DNA of 14,219 nt, taken from positions 1 to 14,219 of the forward strand of contig JBHGNT010000889.1 of NCBI GenBank assembly GCA_043228905.1, given 5' to 3'. Origin of the DNA: Azolla caroliniana (taxonomy: Eukaryota; Plantae; Polypodiophyta). This document shows positions 1 through 8,703 of this stretch, piece by piece; within the stretch, counting starts at the first letter, position 1, and each line of letters opens with the position of its first letter. The notes beneath the pieces are model-generated. The model was not told where the DNA came from, made no database searches, and saw nothing but the letters and a program-made list of their open reading frames with translations. The translations under genes and the position numbers were made by a program.

Positions 1-34
1 AAAGGGTGTTGACAGAGTTCTTACGTTGGAAGCA
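1..34 (+). CDS. DUF1997 gene, partial internal exon
   Basis: Frame from nt 2 reads KGVDRVLTLEA, followed by donor GTAAGG at 35, in phase with the next exon. Confidence 0.75.
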
Positions 35-1201
35 GTAAGGAAAAAACTGAATTGTGTATATTTACGTTTTAGTGTGCCAATATGGGCTTAAGAAGCTTGT
101 GTTCCTGGGTTTTCTTAAATTTAAAACCAATGTCTTGCAGACACAATGGGAGTTACGTGGTTTAGACTACATTCTAAAGCCATCTGATTTTGTGCTAAGC
201 ATAAATGGAATATTATACTCAGAGAAAAGAGGGATCTCGTCACGGTTAAAAGGACATCTAAAATTGAGTGTTAAGTTTGCCATCCCACCTTCTATGGCGA
301 TGATACCAGAGGAGGCCTTTAAAAGTGTTGGAGAAATGGTATGCTTCCTGACAATTTAGCCTTACATATTCGTTTTTCTATTCAAAGTGACTTTTTTGGG
401 AAGAGCGGGTTGTTTATTTTTTATAATCCTTCTGTAATATATGTTTGTGCTTTAGCTTTATGTTTTGCGAGCAGAGTTAAAATGTTTAGATTTAAAAGCC
501 AAACAGATGAGGTGTGATATGTTTCCTCTCGTAGAGTGGAGATGAAATCATGCGAATGAAAAGGTTTTATTTCTTTCACAAGAAATTTATTCATTCAAAA
601 TTCATGAGTTCAATCTGGCTTTAACACCCCTCTCCATTGTGTAAACCATAAACTTCAAACTACATATGGTAAAATGAAGTATAGAATCTGAAGCTTGGTG
701 CCATCAGATGTGAATGTAAGAAACTAGAAAACAATCAACCGTACCTTCTCGCAGGCCCTGGTGTAGGGCAATTTAGACCATGCTTAAGAGCTTGTGTGAA
801 TGTAAATGGCTGTGGTATTGTTTCCTAGACTTATATCTTCACCTATTTCTTTCTTTGTGAACATAGTACTCAATTTTAGCTCTTAGAGATGATTTGGGTG
901 AGACAGGTTTTAAACAATTGATAGTCTAAATGGGAAGCTTTTTGCCTTACATGTTCTCAGCACCGAGATTCGTTCTGTCATATGTAAGAGATTCATGGGG
1001 TATAATGGAGATGTAAGCAATCATTCATATTTTTACTAAACATTAGTTAATAGCGACCATTATCTTCGTGTTCAGGTATTGAACCAGTTATTGGAATCGA
1101 TGAAAAACAAGGTCAACACCAAACTTCTAGAAGATTATAGAGCCTATGCAAGGGAGTATTCTAGAAAGACAACTAGCAGTGTTGTGCCTTCAGCTACATG
1201 A
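1..1201 (+). CDS. DUF1997-family protein (At5g39520/At5g39530-like), 3' part; join(<1..34,141..338,1076..1201)
   Basis: Spliced translation KGVDRVLTLEA|TQWELRGLDYILKPSDFVLSINGILYSEKRGISSRLKGHLKLSVKFAIPPSMAMIPEEAFKSVGEM|VLNQLLESMKNKVNTKLLEDYRAYAREYSRKTTSSVVPSAT*. Both introns are phase 0 GT-AG (gtaagg 35 / ttgcag 140; gtatgc 339 / ttcag 1075). WEL.GLD, RLKG.L, F.lPP.la.iPE and LLEDY match my recollection of the plant DUF1997 C-terminus. The 5' part lies outside the window. Confidence 0.85.
141..338 (+). CDS. DUF1997 gene, penultimate exon
   Basis: Acceptor tgtcttgcag ends at 140; 66 codons inside ORF 54..359; donor GTATGC at 339. Confidence 0.88.
1076..1201 (+). CDS. DUF1997 gene, last coding exon
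   Basis: Acceptor cttcgtgttcag ends at 1075; VLNQLLESMKNKVNTKLLEDY...SAT, TGA at 1199-1201. Confidence 0.85.
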   Translation, partial: VLNQLLESMKNKVNTKLLEDYRAYAREYSRKTTSSVVPSAT

Positions 1202-1925
1202 ATTGATTTAATTAAGAGCCAACGTGTTTTGTTGAGTATTTATGCTAATGTATTCTGGTTATAAGTTCCTACCTCTTTGTAAAGTATCATCTGATTATAA
1301 TGAGTATTTGCACCTGTATCATCCAATTATCAGTTCCTACCTGTCCAAACCTCTTTAAAGGGAGGTACACTATGATTTCTTTCACTAGAAAACCATGATT
1401 TCAATAAAGTATACATCTAAAAACTGAAGAAGAACAAGAAGAATTCTCATTCTTCGTCAAACTCCCCTTGCATTCTGCCAAATCCTGTATTATAAGTGTA
1501 TTATTTTTCCCTGTTTTGATATTTTTTGAAGTACATGAGAAACTTAATATCAGCACTTTTTGTAACCTTGTTCCATATCTTTTGTGTTGCTTTCATTATT
1601 CTCAACAGTCCTTTTGGTAGGTGTATTTTAAGAATCCCCAATCAATTGCTCACAAAGTGTAGGGAGAAAGTTTCCTATAGATGAATTTCCTTTGTCCGCG
1701 AGACTATGTTATTTCACCTCAGAATCCAATCTCATCTCTAGACTAGGGTAATTTGATTCCAACTGTTTTATGTGTATCTATAGCTTTGGATATACTATGT
1801 ATACCTTAATGATCTGAAATCTTTTGGTGTTTTATGATATTGTTCTTTTAAGACCATTTGCCCTCTTTATCAGGAGGTGCTTCTATGTAGTTATCTACCT
1901 TTGTAATTGATTTAAAACCAAGTGA

Positions 1926-2310
1926 ACATGAATGATTGATGTTCTATGAGAACCTTTTTGCTTCTTATAAGGGAGTAAAGTTGATTTTGAAATACCAAGG
2001 TGACGTGGATGGTTGTTTTATACGAACCTTTTTGTTCCTTACAAGGAATAAATATTGGGTTTACATGGTGTATGCCATTGTAGATGATGTTTTTTTGTTT
2101 GGTCAATGTCAAAACATATAGCTGATAGGTTAGGCTAGGGTACATTTGAGAAATGTGATGTGATTGTTTTATGTAAACCTCTTTATTTCTTACAAGGGAC
2201 CGAGATTGGGTTTACATGGTGTAGATGGTGAGTTTTGTCATTGTTTGATCGATGCAAGAACATATTGTTGATAGTTTAGGCCAGGGCATGTTGGAGAATC
2301 GTGATGTTCC
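1926..2310. repeat. Older degenerate ~150-bp direct repeats underlying the 334-bp duplication
   Basis: ~2000-2160 resembles ~2156-2306 (ttgttttat..aacct..cttacaagg..attgggtttacatggtgta..aacatat..tgatag.ttaggc..gagaa..gtgatg); a partial third copy lies at ~1926-1990 (aacctttttg..cttataaggg). Confidence 0.8.
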
Positions 2311-2808
2311 TGATGCCAACTAGGATTTGATCTAATGCCCAACCAATCATATTGTAACCTTTTATGCCCAACCATTTTAGCCTTATGAATACTCAAGCTT
2401 GAATGCACTTCCCACTAAATGTATTTGCTTTATCAATTTGCCTTGTTAATTGTGAAATGGAATTCCATGTAGGCTACATTTGAGAAATGTGATGTGATTG
2501 TTTTATGTAAACCTCTTTATTTCTTACAAGGGACCGAGATTGGGTTTACATGGTGTAGATGGTGAGTTTTGTCATTGTTTGATCGATGCAAGAACATATT
2601 GTTGATAGTTTAGGCCAAGGCATGTTGGAGAATCGTGATGTTCCTGGTGCCAACTAGGATTTGATCTAATGCCCAACCAATCATATTGTAACCTTTTATG
2701 CCCAACCATTTTAGCCTTATGAATACTCAAGCTTGAATGCACTTTCCACTAAATGTATTTGCTTTATCAATTTGCCTTGTTAATTGTGAAATGGAATTCC
2801 ATTTAGGT
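2141..2808. repeat. Near-perfect tandem duplication, 334-bp unit x2 (2141-2474, 2475-2808)
   Basis: Direct comparison shows 3 internal substitutions plus 2 near the junction; TAGG recurs in register at 2136, 2470 and 2804. Confidence 0.97.
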
Positions 2809-3705
2809 TCTTCTTTTGTTGTATGTGTTATATTCACCAATGCAAGCACCAAAGGAGTTGCACTAGATCTTTTCCCTTTAGGGATAAGATTTTACAAAAA
2901 ACAAGTGGTTTTGAATGAAGATTCTTTTTATGTTTCTCTCGCATAGAGTGGAGTGATTGTAGCATAGGATGTCTTTATAAATATGCCATGACCAACCAAA
3001 TGCAACATCATAGAGTAATGAACACTTGATTTCTTATTTCTTATTATTTATACATAAATAATGGCTCATATATGGCTAGTGTGTGGTCATTTGTTGGTTG
3101 ACTATTTCTTCTATGATATTTACACAATATGTTATTGGTTTATTATACCTCGAGTGAAGACATTGACTAGTCCTTCAAGGTGGATTTAGGGGCGATGCGA
3201 CATACATAGTTGGTTGTTAGTGCCAAAGAAATGTCTACTAAATGTTTCTAGAAATGTCTTATTTAGCAATCAATATATTTATGTCATGCTAGTGACACAA
3301 AAGCACTCACGGTGATAAAAAAAACATTGAAAAGAGTATGGAATAGATGCACGGGATACATTTTGGGGCATGACATTCAAGTTATTGATGATGGCTAAAG
3401 ATCTATGATAACTAAATTGACACACCCCAAAACTAGTGAGGAGGTCCCTCTTAGGATCAAATACTTTGACCTTATTACTCACGCATTTCAAATGAAGTAA
3501 GATGGACAGGAATTAAATAAGAGGGCAGATGGCTCTTATATATTTAAAGACCCTAGATCTAGTGTCCATATCATAGTTTTGTCTAGAATATTCATCGACA
3601 TAGACATCCACATAGTTATTAAACTTAGCCTTAATATTGTTTATGATCTTTATGGTCAAAATTATTTTTGTGCTAGGATGTATATATATATGCATGAGCC
3701 TAGAG

Positions 3706-3721
3706 TACATACATACATACA

Positions 3722-3752
<31 letters not shown>

Positions 3753-3753
3753 G
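3706..3753. repeat. (TACA)n/(TA)n microsatellite upstream of the LTP gene
   Basis: tacatacatacatac followed by a long tatata run. Confidence 0.9.
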
Positions 3754-3962
3754 AGTGGAAGTTGGAGAGACGTGGGGACTAAAATAGGGCACTTCATTTC
3801 CACATTCTTTCCTTAATCTGGTATAACACTAAAGAAATAAGCGTTGGGGAAAGACAATAGAAAACAAGAACAAGAAAAACAAAACCAAAATCTCAAGAGA
3901 AGAAAGGAGAAGAACAACAAAATTGATCAATTCAAGCTTGTATACTCCTTGCATAGCATTTT

Positions 3963-4344
3963 ATGAAAGGAATGATGGAAGGGGCACGACTCGCCTTAGT
4001 GATGGTGTTGGTAGTTGTGATCATGCCAATGGTAGGCCGTCCCGCATGTCACGTGGAAGCATTGAGTGCTACGTGCCAACAAGGTCTCTTGCAATTGACA
4101 CCGTGCATGGCATATTTCCAAGGTGCTGGTGTCGGCTCACCGGGCTTACTTTGTTGTGCTTCCCTCTCTTCCATCATTTCGTCCCAACCCACGTGTTTTT
4201 GCGAGATTCTCAACCAAACATCGGTCAACATTAACTCTACCGTCGCGTTGCAAGCCTTGTCTACTTGCGCCATCACGATCCCCACCGTAATCCAAACTTG
4301 TGTCGCTGCTTTTGGCAATGGCGGCGGCGGCGGCCGAGGAGGAG
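3963..4344 (+). CDS. LTPG exon 1 (signal peptide + 8-Cys domain + Gly linker)
   Basis: GC-richer ORF with a complete 8CM; donor GTATGG at 4345 followed by a CT/TA microsatellite intron start. Confidence 0.93.
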
Positions 4345-4938
4345 GTATGGGCCACCCCTATCTTTTTCTTCTTCTTCTTCTATCTCTCTCTCTATATATA
4401 TATATATGTATGGACACTAAAAATATCTATCTATGTATGTATCTATTTACTTAAGATGTTTAACTCTTGTTTGGTCTTATAAGCCATTTTAGCCTCTTAA
4501 AAGACGTTAATATATCTTTCTTTCTTTCCTACTTTTGGAAAGGAAAACATAAGTTTAATTTGGGGGTATCTTAGGTAATTCTAAAAAAGCGCAAGGGGTA
4601 TTATGAGCAAATTTGGAAATCAAGGGGTGTTATGCCAAATTTCCTGATGGTGGAAAATCCCCCCCTCTCTCTCTATGCTTGGTGTGTTACACAATAGCAC
4701 CAAAAGTCATAAAATGGAGGTGGAAAAACCCCCCCCCCTCTCTCTATGCTTGGTGTGTTACACAATAGCACCAAAAGTCATAAAATGGAGGGAACCGAAG
4801 TTCAATCCTCATCATGGACTATGCCCCTTCTCATGGATCGTAATTGGATCTTAAAAATCTCTCTCCCTTTCTCTCTCCCTCACACACACACACACACATT
4901 GTCATATATGACCTAGGATGATAGTAACATTAAAAAGC

Positions 4939-4991
<53 letters not shown>

Positions 4992-6138
4992 GTCATATAT
5001 GACCCAGAATGATCGTAAAATCTATGTATCAATCTCACAGGGTCATATTTGGTTTTCGAGCTTGATAATGAAATTGGATGAGTATCTTCATCAATTTCCC
5101 AAAACAATAATTTGAAGGGCATTTGGGATATTTTAAAATGCCATGGGGTATCTTGGTAAGTTTTGATAATCAATCAAGGCCCATTTTGAAATAAGGAGCT
5201 CAAGCGTCTAATTATCACAAAAACCAAAACTAAAACAATGCCCAAATTTGCCAAACTGTGTTTGATAGAAATGGTAATGAGGATCCATACTCACATTTGG
5301 GAACTTCATGCTCTAATGAGTATTTGGAAGATGTGAGTTCTAATGAATATTTAGAAGATGTGTGCGTCCATACTAACATTTGAGAACTTTAGTATTTAGA
5401 AGAATGTGAGCCTCCAATGTTCACATTTGTGAGCTTCATGTTTTAACCCAAATTTAAAGAAAAGCCTTATATTGAGCTTCAAATGGGGCACCTTGGTAAA
5501 TATGCGAAACATTAAGTGTGTATCAGTGCTCTAAAGAGTATTTGGAAGATGTGAGTTCTAATGAATATTTAGAAAATGTGTGCGTCCATACTGACATTTG
5601 AGAACTTCAGTATTTAGAAGAATGTGAGCCTCCAATGTTCACATTTGGGAGCTTCATGTTTTAACCCAAATTTAAAGAAAAGCCTTATATTGAGCTTCAA
5701 ATGGGGCACCTTGGTAAATATGCGAAACATTAAGTGTGTATCAGTGCTCTCCTCAACAACATTATGCTAACTTTCTTTAAAATATTGATGTTTAATGTAT
5801 ATTCTCCAGCACCACCTCCATCAAAAAACACTAGCGGTGCTCCAACACCAGCTCCTTCAACAAACACATCTAGTAGTGCTCCAACACCAGCTCCTTCAAC
5901 AAACACATCTAGTAGTGCTCCAACACCAGCTCCTTCTAAAAACACATCTAGCGATGCTCCAACACCTACACCTAGCCATGTTCCAGCATCGACACCTGTC
6001 CTTGCTCCAACATCTACAAACAACTCTCAACCACCTCCACTGCCTCAGAGTGGGCAACAAACTACAAGGGAAATTTCCTTGTTTTCTCCTTTGCGAATCC
6101 CCTTCTCTTTCATTATCGTGCTAACATTGTTCTTATAA
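3963..6138 (+). CDS. GPI-anchored non-specific lipid-transfer protein (LTPG / xylogen-like chimeric AGP), ~236 aa; join(3963..4344,5810..6138)
   Basis: Hydrophobic signal peptide (LALVMVLVVVIM..HVEA); eight-cysteine motif C-X9-C-X15-CC-X12-CFC-X21-C-X10-C; phase-1 intron after the motif (GTATGG 4345, branch CTAAC 5767-5771, ctccAG 5809) giving G+CA=Ala in frame with ORF 5734..6138; Pro/Ala/Ser/Thr-rich AP/TP repeats; hydrophobic C-terminal tail IPFSFIIVLTLFL. The start could be ATG 3963, 3972 or 3975. Confidence 0.93.
4360..4410. repeat. (CTT)n-(CT)n-(TA)n compound microsatellite at the start of the LTPG intron
   Basis: cttcttcttcttc, ctctctctct, atatatatatat. Confidence 0.85.
4649..4789. 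repeat. Tandem duplication, 70/71-bp unit x2, intronic
   Basis: ggtggaaaa-Cn-(CT)n-atgcttggtgtgttacacaatagcaccaaaagtcataaaatgga at 4649-4718 and 4719-4789; the copies differ only in the A/C/CT tract. Confidence 0.95.
4836..5018. repeat. Tandem ~84-91-bp unit x2 containing (CT)n(CA)n and a palindrome
   Basis: GAT(C/A)GTAA at 4836, 4920 and 5011; ttaaaaa-(CT)n-(CA)n-gtcatatatgacc in both copies. Confidence 0.85.
5309..5750. repeat. Tandem duplication, 218-bp unit x2 (5309-5526, 5527-5744), intronic
   Basis: 5 substitutions between copies; TGCTCT at 5309, 5527 and 5745; internal degenerate sub-repeats (tattt.gaagatgtg; catac..acatttg.gaactt). Confidence 0.97.
5810..6138 (+). CDS. LTPG exon 2 (AGP-like PAST repeats + GPI signal)
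   Basis: Acceptor attctccag ends at 5809; APPPSKNTSGAPTPAP...LTLFL, TAA at 6136-6138. Confidence 0.9.
5821..5973 (+). repeat. Coding 36-39-bp tandem repeat (S[T/K]NTS[S]xAPTP[A/T]P) x4
   Basis: SKNTSGAPTPAP, STNTSSSAPTPAP x2, SKNTSSDAPTPTP in LTPG exon 2. Confidence 0.95.
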
Positions 6139-6178
6139 ACTTCTTTACAAGTATATTATCCTAAATGTCACTTTATGA

Positions 6179-6184
6179 AATAAA
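6179..6184 (+). promoter_or_regulatory. Candidate polyadenylation near-upstream element AATAAA for the LTPG gene
   Basis: AATAAA about 40 nt after the stop codon; common by chance in AT-rich DNA. Confidence 0.25.
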
Positions 6185-8028
6185 TTCAAATGGTCAAGTT
6201 TTAAACACCAATGAGAGAAGATGGTAAATGTTACCACATGAAGATATAAATCGTCACAATCAAGAGGTCTAACTTTCACAAACCTAATGCTAATACTTTG
6301 TTATAAACACACGTCTTTAATGGAAATTTATTGTATTTATGCATTATTATAATGAAAAATCACACGTCCTCGTCAAAATATCAATGAAACCCGACTTCAA
6401 GACTTTATGTATATTGTCTCTTATTTGCAAACATAAGAAATTCATTTCGGAAATGTACAAAAGTTAGTAGTCTGGAAAAAAGTTGCAATAAGGTATAAAT
6501 GGTGACAAGAACTATAACTACGATAGATTAGAATATAGGTATGAATTTTAGTTTTCAAAAGACGTTTTTCTTGTTTGAACATTTTTTCAACTTCATGCTT
6601 TCAGAAGCACCAATACATTGCTTATTAAGCTAGTAACAAGTACAAGGATGTTTGAGAAGATTGAATTGTTTAGAAGACATTTCTTCACCACAACAAACTC
6701 CACGCCGTATTGAACTAGTCCCGAACTATGAGTTGGCAACAACAATCCACATTTATGAAACTTAGTCTTGATTGAATAATGCTTTTTTATAGTCCTCGTT
6801 GGCAAAGGACAAATTCCCTTCTCTGATCAATTACAAAACATAAGCAACAACTAATTGATATTATCAATTTTTTATACCTTGTTCCCATAACATACACGAT
6901 ATCAACCATGTGGTATTACTGGATGCCTTAAATAAACATATCCCTAGCATATGTGGTATTTCAATCACTACAAGAACAATGTGTAGTCTCTTTCGAAGCT
7001 TGTCTATTCTTTGTTTCTTTGATAACTATGCCATTAGCATGTGTGATATCATCAATTGAGTGAATACAATCTCATTATCATGCATATCTACGTTATCTCT
7101 ACGTTGGTATTGATACACTTGTAGCCAACGTTGTTTATTATTATACATCATTTAGCATATGTTGAAATAATGAATAACTATTGCAATGATCCAAGTGATA
7201 TAATATGAATTGCCTCTAGTGTGAGCTTTAACATCTACATGTTTTTCTTTAAAATTACTTTCAAAATCAATTTTGATCAAGAGTGCACAAGATGCTAAAT
7301 ACATAATAGGATCGAAGAGACAAAAAGGAGAATGGTATATAGTTTCATGGGAACGTGTGGTTTCTTACATAAAAGATAGAGAAGAAATATAGAAAGAATG
7401 AGAATCAGCTTTAATTAACATGCTTAGATTGCTTGCAGATAATAATGACATTATTTAAACTTTAGTTTGGAAATTGTTGAATCCCATTTTCTTTTCTTTC
7501 ATTTAGGTTTCTTAAGGAGTTCATGCAGGTTCAGTCAAACTATCGTGATTTAACGTATGGATTAGTTGTAAAAAAGCATGCACCTTGATATAAGAGATCA
7601 AGGTAGTTTCATCTAGATGGTGGTTCACACTTTAGACTTGGATCCCCATGACATTGATGCATTGAATACTTTCGAGAATTTAATGTTTCGACAAGTTAAA
7701 TAAAATCGATTCTTACATTCATAAGGGCTCTAATGAGTGGCAAGTTTCTGGAAATTGCATGTGAGTTCAAAGTCAATTCGGTGGATTATTTTGGCTAATC
7801 TCTCATTGTAGGGCTGAAGCCATGTGAGCAAATGCTATTATTTGCCTCATGCAAACGATGTGAAAAACTTATGTATCCTTGGATGTAGGACTTTGTTCCA
7901 TGTACATTATGTATATCAATCCCTTCTCAAATTGTGAAACTGTGTTATATTATTATCAATTGTGAATGGTGAAGAAAACGAATGAGACAATGTCAATAAC
8001 ATAATTGCCTGCAACTGATAATATGATG

Positions 8029-8703
8029 CAAGAACGATGTAAAAAGAATACGTGAAAGATGTACAGTGGAAGGTCGAGTAGGCTTAGACAATCAAGTAGA
8101 GATTGTCAACATAACTCCTTGAAGGATTTGAACTTTTTTAGTTTAAAGGGGCTGGTGTTGGTGGTAGCAACCCACCTAGTTGTGTGGGTATACATATAGA
8201 CATCAATATCCACACAACCATGATCTAATTTGCGCTAGATTGGTCGATTGAATACTTTGTGGTTATGTGACATGATAGGAAGCTTACCAAAACCGTGAAT
8301 TCTACTTGAGGAAATTCCGAAAATGCATTTACACATTGTATAAGAGAGTCGAAACATGCCCCCACAGTTGAAAGAATGATGGCATACAAATATGTAGCAT
8401 TGCCATCATTCGGGTTTCCGGTCGCGATATTGAGGTTGCGAGTGCTAGTCTCAAGAACGCAATAGCATGTCCACACAAACCTTCCCCAGAAGAGTAAGAG
8501 AACACTGTATCTAAGCCTGCCTGGCTCCTCGGCATCCAGAGCACACATATCTATGGGTACGTGCGTGAAGCACATGGATTCCAGGACATAGGTACTACGA
8601 TTCCCGAGCACACGTGTCCACACCTGAAACACAGCCAGTTTCTACATGTTAGTTTGGGTGCAGGGGAAAGTCATGAGAAGAGACCAGCCAAGTGAGTTGG
8701 CAT
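8029..8703 (-). pseudogene. Probable degenerate, inverted LTPG paralogue (frameshifts and stops)
   Basis: Collinear matches to the neighbouring LTPG across shifting frames: HVE (8648-8640), TC-ARES*YLCP-G-X15-CR, TCYC (8470-8459), TRMMAMLHIC, AIILSTVGAC, CVNAF (8335-8321), then donor GTAAGC at 8287, acceptor at 8176, PPTPAP with 17/19 nt identity to 5842-5860, and tail DNA similarity at 8059-8029. Confidence 0.55.
8610..8618. promoter_or_regulatory. G-box/ABRE-like motif ACACGTGTC
   Basis: CACGTG at 8611-8616 in ACGTGTC context, ~640 bp upstream of the ATG at 9252; second ACGT core at 8558-8563. Motif match only. Confidence 0.2.

Noticed and set aside
1247-1360. Small degenerate repeat in the DUF1997 3'UTR (ttat.agttcctacct x2, gtatcatc x2)
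   Set aside because: Real but short and old; no functional inference possible
1912-3491. Short ORFs 1912..2145, 1936..2121, 2737..2946 and 3279..3491
   Set aside because: 60-77 aa, no recognisable motifs or splice context, and partly overlapping repeat-rich intergenic DNA
3513-3803. ORFs 3513..3803 and 3579..3782 (and similarly 4913..5173, 4918..5115)
   Set aside because: Stop-free because of TA, CT and CA repeats
4345-4454. C-terminal extension of ORF 3963..4454 (MGHPYLFLLLLLSLSLYIYIC...) as a GPI/TM tail
   Set aside because: It is a translation of CTT/CT/TA microsatellites after a good donor; the spliced exon at 5810 gives a canonical LTPG. Intron retention is not formally excluded.
3923-4482. 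Overlapping ORFs 3923..4234, 4049..4318, 4146..4355 and 4300..4482
   Set aside because: Shadow frames of the GC-richer LTPG exon 1
4649-5750. CRISPR-like or other prokaryotic repeat-spacer array
   Set aside because: The repeats are two-copy head-to-tail duplications without unique spacers, inside a plant intron, and there are no cas-like ORFs
5730-6124. ORFs 5730..6023 (-) and 5795..6124 (+) with repetitive GAGV or LQHQ peptides
   Set aside because: Alternative-frame readings of the 39-bp coding repeat
7582-7604. 8-bp hairpin accttgat/atcaaggt
   Set aside because: Short stem expected by chance; no Helitron-type CTRR end right after it and no miRNA-length stem
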